Counted from the stretch's first letter, positions 18,989-29,220 are shown. The stretch: DNA of 64,000 bases from an uncultured Lachnospiraceae bacterium (GCA_947565425.1 CANOFW010000011.1:15484-79483); one strand, 5' to 3'. Numbers and translations are program-made. Notes: a model not told the origin generated them from the sequence alone.

Positions 18989-19614
18989 ATGAATCAGAGA
19001 CGTCCCTATAATCTTACATTAAGATATTGCCTCTACCAATCGACATTTTTTTTATCATGTGCAGGCATATTCGGATTTGCAGTAACGTATCTGCTGGAAA
19101 AGGGATTTCAGACGGCAGAGATTGGAATGATGATTGCGGCGAGTAATTTTCTTTCCTGTGTTGTACAGCCATTTCTTGGTGATTTTGCAGATCGTTTTCC
19201 TAAGATACGTCTGACGAGTATGATCGCAGTGTGTCTCCTATGTTGTTTTCTATGCTTTGCCACAATTCAGATGTGCCGGCCGCCGCTGGTAATATTTGGC
19301 ATATTGTATACAGTAGGCGGATTGGCGATTACCTTAACGCCGCCGCTGGGCAATGCGCTCTGCGTATATTATAACGAGCGGAATTATAAAGTTGATTATG
19401 GGATTGGTTCAGGAGTAGGTTCTTTTTCTTATTCCGTTGCTATGTTAAGCCTGGGGTATGTTATAGCAGCTTTGGGGACAGACTGGATGGTGTGGGCAGT
19501 TTTGTCGGCGGCAAGGCGATAGATGCTTTTAACTTTCAGGTAATGATTCTCTTGGCGGGATTGTTGGCAGGGCTGGGAACAATCATTGTCAATTGCAACA
19601 TTAAAAAAGAGTAA
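18989..19614 (+). pseudogene. MFS transporter pseudogene with internal deletion and frameshift
   Basis: The ORF covers only the N-terminal MFS half and stops at 19522. A C-terminal helix (GSFVGGKAIDAFNFQVMILLAGLLAGLGTIIVNCNIKKE*) reads in another frame from 19495 to 19614. Confidence 0.75.
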
Positions 19615-19703
19615 CGCAAAATCTCTGCCTATTGCTTTTTGGCACGTTCTAAGCTATAATTGTCAAGGATTTCGATTGTGAGACTGAGAAAGGATTTGCT
19701 TTC

Positions 19704-20696
19704 ATGGATAAACGTGTAATCTCCACGCAGATACAGGAGGAGGATCAGAAGATTGAGACAAGCCTTCGCCCGCAGCGTCTGGAGGAGTATATTGGGCAGG
19801 AGAAAGCCAAAAAGACCCTAAAGGTATATATTGAGGCGGCAAAGCAAAGAGGAGAAGCCCTGGACCATGTGCTGTTTTACGGGCCTCCGGGCTTGGGTAA
19901 AACTACGCTCGCAGGGATTATTGCCAACGAGATGGACGTGCATATGAAGATTACTTCTGGTCCGGCAATTGGCAAACCCGGGGAAATGGCAGCAATTTTA
20001 AGCGGCCTTTCCGAAGGAGACATTCTTTTTGTCGATGAGATTCATAGACTCAACCGTCAAGTGGAAGAAGTACTTTATCCCGCCATGGAGGATTATGTGA
20101 TTGATATTATGATTGGCAAGGGCGCGACAGCGCGTTCTATTCGCTTGGATCTGCCGCAGTTTACGCTGGTGGGAGCAACTACAAGGGCTGGACTGTTATC
20201 TGCTCCGCTGCGGGACCGTTTTGGCGTCATGCACCATCTGGAATTTTATAATCCCGCGGAGCTGAAAACGATTATTCTGCAATCGGCAGTAAAACTTGAC
20301 GTTGAGATTGATGAGGAGGGTGCATTTGAACTCGCGCGGCGCTCGCGGGGAACGCCCAGGCTTGCCAACCGTCTATTAAAGCGTGTCCGCGATTTTGCCC
20401 AGGTGAAATACGACGGCAAAATTACCAAAGATGTGGCGTCTTTCGCGCTGGATCTTCTGGAAGTGGATAAGCTGGGCCTGGATCAGAACGACCGCAATAT
20501 CTTAATGACAATGATAGAAAAGTTTAACGGCGGCCCTGTAGGGCTGGATACGTTGGCGGCTTCCCTGGGGGAAGATTCCGGCACAATCGAGGATGTGTAT
20601 GAACCGTATCTTGTAAAGAACGGTTTTATCAACCGCACGCCCAAGGGCCGGGTGGTGACGGACTATGCTTATAAACATTTTGGCATAACGGCTTGA
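19704..20696 (+). CDS. ruvB: Holliday junction DNA helicase RuvB
   Basis: [50 protein letters not shown]. Confidence 0.97.
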   Translation: MDKRVISTQIQEEDQKIETSLRPQRLEEYIGQEKAKKTLKVYIEAAKQRGEALDHVLFYGPPGLGKTTLAGIIANEMDVHMKITSGPAIGKPGEMAAILSGLSEGDILFVDEIHRLNRQVEEVLYPAMEDYVIDIMIGKGATARSIRLDLPQFTLVGATTRAGLLSAPLRDRFGVMHHLEFYNPAELKTIILQSAVKLDVEIDEEGAFELARRSRGTPRLANRLLKRVRDFAQVKYDGKITKDVASFALDLLEVDKLGLDQNDRNILMTMIEKFNGGPVGLDTLAASLGEDSGTIEDVYEPYLVKNGFINRTPKGRVVTDYAYKHFGITA

Positions 20697-20777
20697 AAAA
20701 GTTGTGCTATTTGATATAATGGCTTATAGAAATAACTGGTATATACGCATACATGAGGAAAGAAATGAGGTAGATTT

Positions 20778-22184
20778 ATGGGAGGATTTTTTGGAGCGGC
20801 ATCTGCACAGGACTGTGTATTTGATTTATTTTTTGGCATTGATTACCATTCCCATTTGGGCACGAAGCGCGGAGGAATGGTGGTTTATGGGGAAGGCGGG
20901 TTTGACCGCGCCATCCACAATATCGAAAATGCGCCGTTTCGCACGAAATTCGACAAGGATGTAAAGAAAATGACCGGTACGATGGGCATTGGTTGTATTT
21001 CCGATTATGAGCCGCAGCCGCTTTTGGTGCGTTCCCATCATGGAACATACGCGATCACGACAGTAAGCAAAATCAATAATATGGAAGAACTGACGAAAAT
21101 GCTCTTTGACAATGGACATTCTCATTTCCTGGAGATGAGCGGCGGTGACATCAATGCTACAGAAATGATCGCCTGTCTGATCAATCAGAAAGAAAATCTC
21201 ATTGAGGGAATCCGTTATGCCCTAGAGTCGGTGGACGGTTCTGTTTCGATCCTTCTGATGAACGAAAAGGGGATCTATGCGGCCAGAGATCAATACGGAA
21301 GAACACCGGTTGTCGTAGGTAAGAAGGAAGATGCTTTTTGTATTTCTTTTGAGAATTTTGCCTACAGGAACCTTGGATATAAAGATTATAAAGAACTGGG
21401 ACCAGGCGAAATTGTGATTGTCACAGACAAGGCGTGCACTACCTTATCGGCTCCCCAGGAAGATATGAAGATATGTACGTTTCTATGGGTTTATTACGGA
21501 TATCCGGCGAGCTCTTATGAAGGGACAAGCGTAGAGCAGATGCGTTATGAATGCGGTAGAAGGATGGCAAAGCGTGATAATGTCTCCCCGGATATTGTGG
21601 CAGGTGTGCCGGATTCCGGGACTGCCCATGCGATTGGCTATGCAAATGAATCAGGGATTCCGTTTTCCAGGCCGTTTATCAAATATACACCTACTTGGCC
21701 GCGTTCTTTTATGCCTACGATTCAGAGTAAAAGGGACTTGATCGCTAAGATGAAACTTCTAGCTGTAGAGGAACTGATTCGCGATAAGAGTTTGTTATTG
21801 ATTGACGACTCTATTGTAAGGGGTACGCAGCTTCGGGAGACCACGGAGTTCTTGTATGAGAGCGGAGCCAAAGAGGTTCATGTCCGCCCGGCATGTCCGC
21901 CCTTGCTTTATGGATGCAAGTATCTGAATTTCTCACGTTCTACCTCCGAGATGGATTTGATTGCCCGAAGAGTGATTGACCGTCTGGAAAATGGAAACGT
22001 GACGGATGAGGTACTCAAAGAATATGCAGACCCGGAATCACCCAAGTATGAACAGATGGTTGAAGAAATCCGCAAAGAGCAGAATTTTACGTCGCTGAGG
22101 TTTAATCGTTTGGATGATATGCTGGATTCTGTAGGGATTGATAAATGTAAATTGTGTACCTATTGCTGGAATGGACAGGAGTAG
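20778..22184 (+). CDS. purF: Amidophosphoribosyltransferase-like protein with degenerate glutaminase domain
   Basis: PRT motif LLIDDSIVRGT, GVPDSG, ARDQYGRTP and Fe-S cysteines (CTFLWVY, PACPP...GC, CKLCTYCW). The N-terminus is MGGFFG instead of CGIxG. Confidence 0.88.
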   Translation: MGGFFGAASAQDCVFDLFFGIDYHSHLGTKRGGMVVYGEGGFDRAIHNIENAPFRTKFDKDVKKMTGTMGIGCISDYEPQPLLVRSHHGTYAITTVSKINNMEELTKMLFDNGHSHFLEMSGGDINATEMIACLINQKENLIEGIRYALESVDGSVSILLMNEKGIYAARDQYGRTPVVVGKKEDAFCISFENFAYRNLGYKDYKELGPGEIVIVTDKACTTLSAPQEDMKICTFLWVYYGYPASSYEGTSVEQMRYECGRRMAKRDNVSPDIVAGVPDSGTAHAIGYANESGIPFSRPFIKYTPTWPRSFMPTIQSKRDLIAKMKLLAVEELIRDKSLLLIDDSIVRGTQLRETTEFLYESGAKEVHVRPACPPLLYGCKYLNFSRSTSEMDLIARRVIDRLENGNVTDEVLKEYADPESPKYEQMVEEIRKEQNFTSLRFNRLDDMLDSVGIDKCKLCTYCWNGQE

Positions 22185-22243
22185 TGTGCAAAGCAAACGT
22201 TCGGTTGATAAAATAGCTTGTTATTCAGGGAGGAATCATGCAT

Positions 22244-22789
22244 ATGTCAGTGAAAACCAGTGCGGATGTGTTGATAGGTGGGAAGATTTATACGTTAAGT
22301 GGTTATGAAAGCGAAGAATATCTGCAAAAAGTGGCGAATTACATCAATAACAAAATAAATGAGTTCGATGAAATGGAGCAATTTCGTCAAATTCCGGCAG
22401 ATATGAAGGCCACGCTTTTAGAACTTAATATTGCGGATGATTACTTTAAGGCAAAGGAACAGGCGGAGGTCTTAGAAAAAACTGTCCGGGAAAAGGAAAG
22501 AGAGATTTATGAGCTTCAACATGACTTAATCTCCGCTAACATTAAGGTCGAGAGCAGTGAAGAGAATGCGGCTAGCCTGGAAAAAGAAAATAAAGAACTC
22601 TTATTGAATAAGGCGAAATTGGAGACATCACTTGCCGACGCTCTGCTAGGCAAGGTAAAATGCCAGACGCCTGCGGAAACAAACGAGCAGCAGACAGAGA
22701 ACAATGAGACAAAGCCGCCAGCGGATAGCCAAACATCTGCAATGGGACAAGCTGAGAACAAGAAACAGAATTCAAATAGAAAAAAATAA
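22244..22789 (+). CDS. zapA: Cell division protein ZapA with coiled-coil and low-complexity extension
   Basis: VLIGGKIYTLSGYESEEYLQKVANYIN...LELNIADDYFK. Confidence 0.8.
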   Translation: MSVKTSADVLIGGKIYTLSGYESEEYLQKVANYINNKINEFDEMEQFRQIPADMKATLLELNIADDYFKAKEQAEVLEKTVREKEREIYELQHDLISANIKVESSEENAASLEKENKELLLNKAKLETSLADALLGKVKCQTPAETNEQQTENNETKPPADSQTSAMGQAENKKQNSNRKK

Positions 22790-22938
22790 CAAGGCGGAAG
22801 CTGTTGCGAAAGTAGTTTGCATACAATATGTGTATTGTATGGATGTTGTATTTTGCAGCAGCTTCTTAATGCTATGGATGAAGTTAAAGTATGGCAAAGC
22901 GCATGCCACTTGAACAAAAAGACAGGAGGTACATCGTT

Positions 22939-25143
22939 TTGTGTAGAAAAACAGAGCTTTTGGCTCCGGCTGGTTCCTTGGAGATTTTAGAGGCGGCAAT
23001 AGAGGCAGGAGCAGATGCGGTATACGCAGCCGGAGGCAAATTCGGCGCCCGTGCCTATGCCAAGAATTTCACCGAAGAGGAAATGCTTACAGCCATTGAT
23101 TATGTGCATATTAGAGAAAAGCGGTTGTACCTGACGGTCAACACACTGTTGAAGGAGCAAGAAATTGAGGAGTTGTACGAGTATCTTTGCCCACTGTACG
23201 AGGCTGGACTTGACGCAGTAATTGTACAGGATATTGGCGTTATGCATTACATCAGGAATCACTTTCCTGATTTGTCTATTCATGCCAGTACGCAGATGAC
23301 AGTCACCGGAGCTTATGGTGCAAAGCTGCTGATGGAGCATGGATGCAGCCGTATTGTGACGGCGCGGGAATTATCTCTTGCTGAAATTTCCCATATTTAC
23401 CGCACGACGGGGGCAGAGATTGAGAGTTTTGTACATGGCGCTCTCTGTTATAGTTATTCCGGTCAGTGTTTGATGAGCAGTATGATTGGCGGAAGGAGCG
23501 GCAACCGCGGCAGGTGCGCGCAGCCCTGCCGCCTGCCTTACGAATTGCAAAAAACACGACAGGGGTCCGTTTGCAGACAGGAGGGAAAATACCTTTTGAG
23601 CCTGAAAGACCTCTGTACGATTGAGATGATTCCAGAACTTGTACAAAGCGGTATTCATTCTTTTAAGATTGAAGGCCGTATGAAGCAGGAAGCGTATGTT
23701 GCTGGTGTAACCGCCGTTTATCGGAAATACCTTGATTTATATGAAAATCATCCCAACGGCGATTACCAAGTGAGTAACGAAGATTATCAAAAACTGCTCA
23801 ATTTGGGAAACCGCAGTGGATTTACGGATGGCTACTATCAGAGACAAAACGGCAGGCAAATGGTTACTTTTCAGAAGCCATCCCATGAGAAAAACAGTGG
23901 AGAAACACAAACAGGGATTGATAATAACAGTGATATACAGGTAAATAAAGAAAAAATAAATGGAATATTAAGGATTTTTATAAACAATCCTGCAAGCCTT
24001 GTGTTAGAATATAAAGGGATACAAGCAGAAGTTTCCGGCTTCACAGTACAGACTGCCGAAAAACAACCGTTAGAGCGGGAGGCTGTTCTCGCACGAATGA
24101 AAAAGACCGGCAATACGCCGTTTACATTTGAACAATTGCAGATTGAGCTGGATGCGGGCAGTTTTGTTCCGGCTGGCGCTTTAAACCAATTGCGTAGGGA
24201 TGGAATTGAGAAATTAACAGCGCTTGTGCTGGCAAAGCATCAAAGAAGAGCACCTATCAGGCGAAAGGACAGCAGAACAATATGGCATAAACAAGAGGAA
24301 CAGAGCCAGGAGACTTTGACGCGTCTGTCGGTGCTGACAGAAACCGTGGAACAGTTTCAGGTTGTTTTAGCACAGCCGGAGGCAGAGCGCATATATTTGG
24401 AAGCTGTTGCATTTTCACGCGCACAGTTGTGCCGAGAAGTCAAAGAGCTGGCTGGGCAGGCACATGCGAATGGCAAAACGTGTTATCTTGCGCTGCCGCA
24501 CGTTTTCCGCAGGCAGACAGCCGATTGGTATGCGAAAAATTGGCGACAGATTGCCGGAACCGGTGTGGACGGTTATCTCGTACGCAATTTAGAGGAACTT
24601 TCGTTTTTACAGGAAATGGGCGTGCCTATGGCACAGATTCAGGGAGACACTAATTTATACGTTTTTTCCAATGAGGCAGTCCAGGGCTGGCAGACATTGT
24701 CGCTTTGCCATTATACTTTGCCGGTGGAATTAAACGCCAAAGAACTACGACATTTAGATTGCACGGATGGGGAAATGATTGTCTACGGTTATCAGCCGAT
24801 GATGCTGTCTGCACAGTGTTTACATAAAAATACAGAAGGCTGTGACAAGACAGAACGTATTTTTTATTTGAAAGATCGCTATGGTAAGCAGTTTCCGGTG
24901 AAAAATCATTGCGAGGACTGCTTCAATATCATTTATAATATCAGTCCGCTCTCCCTGCTTCATCAGTTTTCAGAGATTCAATCGTTGCGCCCGCGAAGCG
25001 TCCGTCTTTCTTTTACGATAGAGAATGAAATGGAGACGGAAGGTATTTTTGCGTATTATCGACAGGCGAGAGAGGGAAAGCTTGTCAAAGAAAATTATTT
25101 AAATGATTTTACCAATGGACATTTTAAGCGAGGAGTCGATTAA
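22939..25143 (+). CDS. Peptidase U32 family protein with long C-terminal extension (RlhA-like rRNA hydroxylase)
   Basis: ELLAPAGS, HASTQMT, FVHGALCYSYSGQC...RGRCAQPCR (Fe-S motif), KIEGRMK. Probable TTG start at 22939 after GGAGG. Confidence 0.85.
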   Translation: MCRKTELLAPAGSLEILEAAIEAGADAVYAAGGKFGARAYAKNFTEEEMLTAIDYVHIREKRLYLTVNTLLKEQEIEELYEYLCPLYEAGLDAVIVQDIGVMHYIRNHFPDLSIHASTQMTVTGAYGAKLLMEHGCSRIVTARELSLAEISHIYRTTGAEIESFVHGALCYSYSGQCLMSSMIGGRSGNRGRCAQPCRLPYELQKTRQGSVCRQEGKYLLSLKDLCTIEMIPELVQSGIHSFKIEGRMKQEAYVAGVTAVYRKYLDLYENHPNGDYQVSNEDYQKLLNLGNRSGFTDGYYQRQNGRQMVTFQKPSHEKNSGETQTGIDNNSDIQVNKEKINGILRIFINNPASLVLEYKGIQAEVSGFTVQTAEKQPLEREAVLARMKKTGNTPFTFEQLQIELDAGSFVPAGALNQLRRDGIEKLTALVLAKHQRRAPIRRKDSRTIWHKQEEQSQETLTRLSVLTETVEQFQVVLAQPEAERIYLEAVAFSRAQLCREVKELAGQAHANGKTCYLALPHVFRRQTADWYAKNWRQIAGTGVDGYLVRNLEELSFLQEMGVPMAQIQGDTNLYVFSNEAVQGWQTLSLCHYTLPVELNAKELRHLDCTDGEMIVYGYQPMMLSAQCLHKNTEGCDKTERIFYLKDRYGKQFPVKNHCEDCFNIIYNISPLSLLHQFSEIQSLRPRSVRLSFTIENEMETEGIFAYYRQAREGKLVKENYLNDFTNGHFKRGVD

Positions 25144-25144
25144 T

Positions 25145-26608
25145 ATGGTACATTTGATTACGGAATTATCGAAATATTCAATGATTATCCTGTTTGCACT
25201 GTACACATATCAGTGTTTTTCTTCCTTAAAGCGCAGTGTGGATAAAGAGGAACAGGCGGAAAAGTATCGGAGTCAGGTCGTATATATGTATATGTTCCAC
25301 CTTAATGCTTACGCTGTTCTTTATGCCTCCACACTGAATATAGAGATTTTAAAATTTTATGCAATGCAGGTCGTGTTCTTTGCCGTGGTGCAGATTTGTT
25401 ATGGCATTTTTTATAAGAGAGTGTCAAAGCTGGTGGTAAATAATATGTGTATGCTTTTGTGTATCGGATTCGTGATGCTGACACGTCTCTCTTATGAACA
25501 TGCGGTGAAACAGTTTTGGATTGCCGTTATCTCTATGGCAGTGACGATGCTGATTCCTTATTTTATTAGTAAATGGACATTCCTGCGAAATTTGACATGG
25601 GCGTATGCATTAGCAGGTATTACGATGCTGGGCGTGGTTGCGGTGCTCGGAGCGGTGTCTCATGGGGCAAAGCTTTCGTTTTCCGTGGCGGGCATTGCCG
25701 TACAGCCCTCAGAATTTATCAAGATAATTTTTGTGTTTTTTGTTGCTTCTATGTTTTATGAATCTACAGATTTTATGCAGGTCGTGAAAGCGACGGTTGT
25801 TGCAGGGCTTCACGTGATTATTCTTGTGTTGTCTAAAGATTTGGGCGCGGGGCTGATTTTCTTTATCGCTTATATGGTCATGCTCTATGTGGCAACCAGG
25901 AAGCTCTATTATTTTGCGGGCGGGCTTTTGTGCGGTGCTGTCGCATCGGTAGTGGCGTATTATCTGTTCAATCACGTGCGCGTGCGTGTAGTGGCATGGC
26001 AGGACCCGCTTGCCGTGTTTGAGCGCGAGGGCAACCAGGTCTCAAATTCCCTGTTTGCGATAGGAACAGGCGGCTGGTTCGGAATGGGACTCAACCAAGG
26101 GATGCCCAATAAAATTCCCGAGGTCAAACAGGACTTTATTTTCTCTGCCATTTCGGAGGAATTAGGTGGAATATTTGCCATTTGCCTGATTCTAGTCTGT
26201 GTTAGCTGTTTTTTGATGTTTTTAAACATTGCCATGCAGATGAAAGATTCTTTTTATAAACTGGTCGCTCTGGGATTGGGCACGCTCTATGGTTTTCAAG
26301 TTTTGCTTTCCATAGGCGGAGACATCAAGTTCATTCCCTCTACAGGCGTAACGCTGCCCTTGGTCAGCTATGGCGGAAGCTCTTTACTTAGCACATTAAT
26401 TATCTTTGCCGTTATTCAAGGCTTGTATCTGCTGCGCGAGCGCACAGAAAAAGAGCGCGAAATGCAGCACAAAGAGGCGATGAAAAAACAGTCTACGAAA
26501 AAAAATGACAATGATAAGAGCAGCGCTGGAAAGAAATCGAAACGAAAAGGAGGCAGATCATCCCATGAAGAAAGCATCCACGGAACGAAGGTCAAGAACT
26601 TCGACTAA
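25145..26608 (+). CDS. SEDS family peptidoglycan polymerase (FtsW/RodA/SpoVE)
   Basis: QPSEFIK, KDLGA, DFIFSAISEELG, PSTGVTLPLVSYGGSS; ATG at 25145 after GAGGAG. Confidence 0.92.
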   Translation: MVHLITELSKYSMIILFALYTYQCFSSLKRSVDKEEQAEKYRSQVVYMYMFHLNAYAVLYASTLNIEILKFYAMQVVFFAVVQICYGIFYKRVSKLVVNNMCMLLCIGFVMLTRLSYEHAVKQFWIAVISMAVTMLIPYFISKWTFLRNLTWAYALAGITMLGVVAVLGAVSHGAKLSFSVAGIAVQPSEFIKIIFVFFVASMFYESTDFMQVVKATVVAGLHVIILVLSKDLGAGLIFFIAYMVMLYVATRKLYYFAGGLLCGAVASVVAYYLFNHVRVRVVAWQDPLAVFEREGNQVSNSLFAIGTGGWFGMGLNQGMPNKIPEVKQDFIFSAISEELGGIFAICLILVCVSCFLMFLNIAMQMKDSFYKLVALGLGTLYGFQVLLSIGGDIKFIPSTGVTLPLVSYGGSSLLSTLIIFAVIQGLYLLRERTEKEREMQHKEAMKKQSTKKNDNDKSSAGKKSKRKGGRSSHEESIHGTKVKNFD

Positions 26609-28025
26609 GCGGGCGAAGAACCGGGAGTTTGTGATTATCACGTATTTGTTTGTGGCGGTATTTATGATGATGATGGGGTATTTTGTATACTTTCAGATTT
26701 TTAAGAGCGAAGATTTCATCAATAGCCCTTACAATACCAGACAGAACACATTTGCGGAACATGTCATGCGGGGTGAGATCCTTTCCTCGGATGAGAAAGT
26801 GTTGGCGCAGACGATTATAGGGGAGGATGGAAGCGAGACGCGTTATTATCCTTATGGCGCGATGTTTGCCCATGCAGTCGGATACGATAGTAATGGCAAA
26901 TATGGCATTGAATCTTTCGGGAATTTCAATTTACTGCGTTCTCATGCATTTTTCTTAGAGCAGGTGATAAACGGCATACAGAATAAGAAAAACCCCGGTG
27001 ACAATATCGTGACTACTTTGAATTACAGTCTTCAGGAAGCGGCTTATCAGGCGCTTGGCAATAACCGGGGCGCCGTCATTGCTTTGGAGCCGGAGACCGG
27101 GAAAACTCTTGCCATGGTCTCTAAACCTGATTTTGACCCCAATTCATTGGCAGCAAATTGGGAGAGTATTATTTCCAATACGGACAGTGAAAATTCTGTG
27201 CTGCTTAATCGTACGACCCAGGGACTTTACCCGCCGGGTTCTACGTTTAAGATTCTCACAACTTTGGAATACCTGCGAGAGCATCCTAATTACCAGGATT
27301 ACCAATATGAATGCCAGGGCAGCATCGCTATGGAGAATACAGAAATCCATTGCTATAATAATGCGGTTCATGGCGCAGAGAATTTGCAGACTTCGTTTGC
27401 GAAATCCTGCAATACCTCTTATGCAAATATTGGGCTGGGACTGAATAAGTCGAAATTTGCCAGCCTTTGTAAAGAAATGATGTTTGATACAGAACTTCCG
27501 GTGACATATCCTTCTAAGCAGAGCAGTTTTGTGTTAAATAAAGATTCTAACACGGACCAGGTCACGCAGATGGCAATCGGACAGGGAGAAACATTAGTAA
27601 CGCCGATGCACATGGCATTGATAACTTCAGCCATTGCCAATAACGGTACGCTGATGCGTCCCTATATCATCGACCATACGGAAAATTACCGTGGGGTTAC
27701 GGTGAAAAACTACCGTCCATCTGTGTATGGCGCTTTGATTAGCGAGAGTGAGGCAAAAAAACTTCAGGAATTTATGTCCATAGTTGTCAGTGAAGGCACG
27801 GGTTCCAAGTTAAATGGACAAAGTTACCATGCAGCAGGTAAGACGGGTTCTGCGGAGTTCAGTAACGTAAAAGGGGAAAGCCATGCCTGGTTTACTGGAT
27901 ATGCGTCCACCGAAGAGAAGGGAAGTATCGTTGTGACAGTGATTGTAGAAAATGGCGGTGCAGGAAGTACGACTGCCGTACCGATTGCCAAGCAGATGTT
28001 TGATATATATTTTGCGCAGCCGTAA
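26565..28025 (+). CDS. Class B penicillin-binding protein (transpeptidase)
   Basis: STFK (SxxK), SCN (SxN) and KTG motifs; N-terminal TM; overlaps the SEDS gene, as expected for a cognate pair. Confidence 0.92.
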   Translation: MKKASTERRSRTSTKRAKNREFVIITYLFVAVFMMMMGYFVYFQIFKSEDFINSPYNTRQNTFAEHVMRGEILSSDEKVLAQTIIGEDGSETRYYPYGAMFAHAVGYDSNGKYGIESFGNFNLLRSHAFFLEQVINGIQNKKNPGDNIVTTLNYSLQEAAYQALGNNRGAVIALEPETGKTLAMVSKPDFDPNSLAANWESIISNTDSENSVLLNRTTQGLYPPGSTFKILTTLEYLREHPNYQDYQYECQGSIAMENTEIHCYNNAVHGAENLQTSFAKSCNTSYANIGLGLNKSKFASLCKEMMFDTELPVTYPSKQSSFVLNKDSNTDQVTQMAIGQGETLVTPMHMALITSAIANNGTLMRPYIIDHTENYRGVTVKNYRPSVYGALISESEAKKLQEFMSIVVSEGTGSKLNGQSYHAAGKTGSAEFSNVKGESHAWFTGYASTEEKGSIVVTVIVENGGAGSTTAVPIAKQMFDIYFAQP

Positions 28026-28036
28026 AAAGTGATTTG

Positions 28037-28635
28037 GTAACTATTCAGCCTTAATTTTTATATGAAAGCCATTCCATAGAACTTTCTATATTGTAGTGCA
28101 AAAATACTTATGGGCAATATATATGTTTTTTACAGATTTCCCTCCATACTGCCATAAGGGAAACATTTGATGGGTTTTGTGCACCCCTTGTCTCCGGGAG
28201 ATGGACGGAATGTATTCCCTTCCAGTTCACTGTCTGAGGTTTCCCTTTCCACTGTAAAAGTATCGTGGGCGTGACTGTTTTTCTTCACGGACAGCCCTTC
28301 TGGTTTTCCTAGCAGAGGCAGCAAGCACCTTCGATTAGGGTATGCCGCTGAAACTCGCAGCTGCCGCTGGTAAGACTGTCTGATATTGAAACTGCCTAAT
28401 GCAGCAGCCGCTCAGACAGGTCATCTGGCATACCCATTGGTGCTTTTTGCCGCTGGCAAGGAAAACGTACGAAGGGCTTCCCCGGAGCTAGGGATGCTAA
28501 AAATCCAGTCACGTTTCCCGGTGGCAGTATGGAGGGGGAATCTGTTAGAAACAAGGTTTCCATAAGTATTTTTATATTCCATAATATAAAAGTTCTATGG
28601 AAAAGGCTGTACAAAAATTAAGGCTGAATAAATAT
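28037..28635. mobile_element. ~600 bp non-coding foldback (MITE-like) element
   Basis: Imperfect terminal inverted repeats of at least 120 bp (TATTCAGCCTTAATTTTT..., TTCCATAGAACTTT, AAAAATACTTATGG, CCCTCCATACTGCCA) with nested internal hairpins. No credible ORF. Confidence 0.6.
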
Positions 28636-28731
28636 GGAACTTGCGCGTGGCAAAATTTTTTGTCTTGCAAGATGACATAAAAAGAGGTATACTGTGTGTA
28701 AAGCTCAATGACCACATCAGGAGGTATTGCA

Positions 28732-29184
28732 ATGATTGAAGCAACGAGTTGTGGTGGTGTGGTAATTTTTCGCGGTAAGATTTTGCTCTTGTATAAGAAC
28801 TACAAGAACAAGTATGAAGGCTGGGTCTTTCCTAAAGGGACTGTGGAAGCAGGCGAGGAGTACAGAGACACAGCGGCAAGAGAGGTGCTGGAGGAGACAG
28901 GGGTGAATGCCCAGATAATTAAATATGTCGGAAAGAGCCAGTATACTTTTACCGTACCGGACGATACTGTGGAAAAGGATGTCCATTGGTATCTGATGAT
29001 GGCGGACAGTTATTACAGCAAACCACAACGGGAAGAATATTTTGTTGATTCAGGATACTACAAATTTCACGAAGCATATCATTTACTGCGTTTCGCAAAT
29101 GAGAAACAGATACTGGAAAAAGCATATAATGAATATCTTGATTTGAAAAAAAGTAATCTTTGGGGCAGCAGAAAATATTTTTAA
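28732..29184 (+). CDS. NUDIX hydrolase
   Basis: Nudix box GTVEAGEEYRDTAAREVLEETG; SCGGVV; ATG at 28732 after GGAGG. Confidence 0.92.
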   Translation: MIEATSCGGVVIFRGKILLLYKNYKNKYEGWVFPKGTVEAGEEYRDTAAREVLEETGVNAQIIKYVGKSQYTFTVPDDTVEKDVHWYLMMADSYYSKPQREEYFVDSGYYKFHEAYHLLRFANEKQILEKAYNEYLDLKKSNLWGSRKYF

Positions 29185-29220
29185 CCTTTTGCCCGTGTTG
29201 CGGACGGAAGGTATGGATAG

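Noticed and set aside
25145-28025. SEDS and class B PBP overlap with Lys-rich tails
   Set aside because: Cognate SEDS-bPBP pairs are well known; the overlap and low-complexity termini are ordinary.
28130-28614. Two short minus-strand ORFs (64 and 72 aa) inside the foldback element
   Set aside because: No RBS or protein-like motif, and no TnpA/TnpB/IscB similarity that I can recognise; explained as chance ORFs in the repeat.
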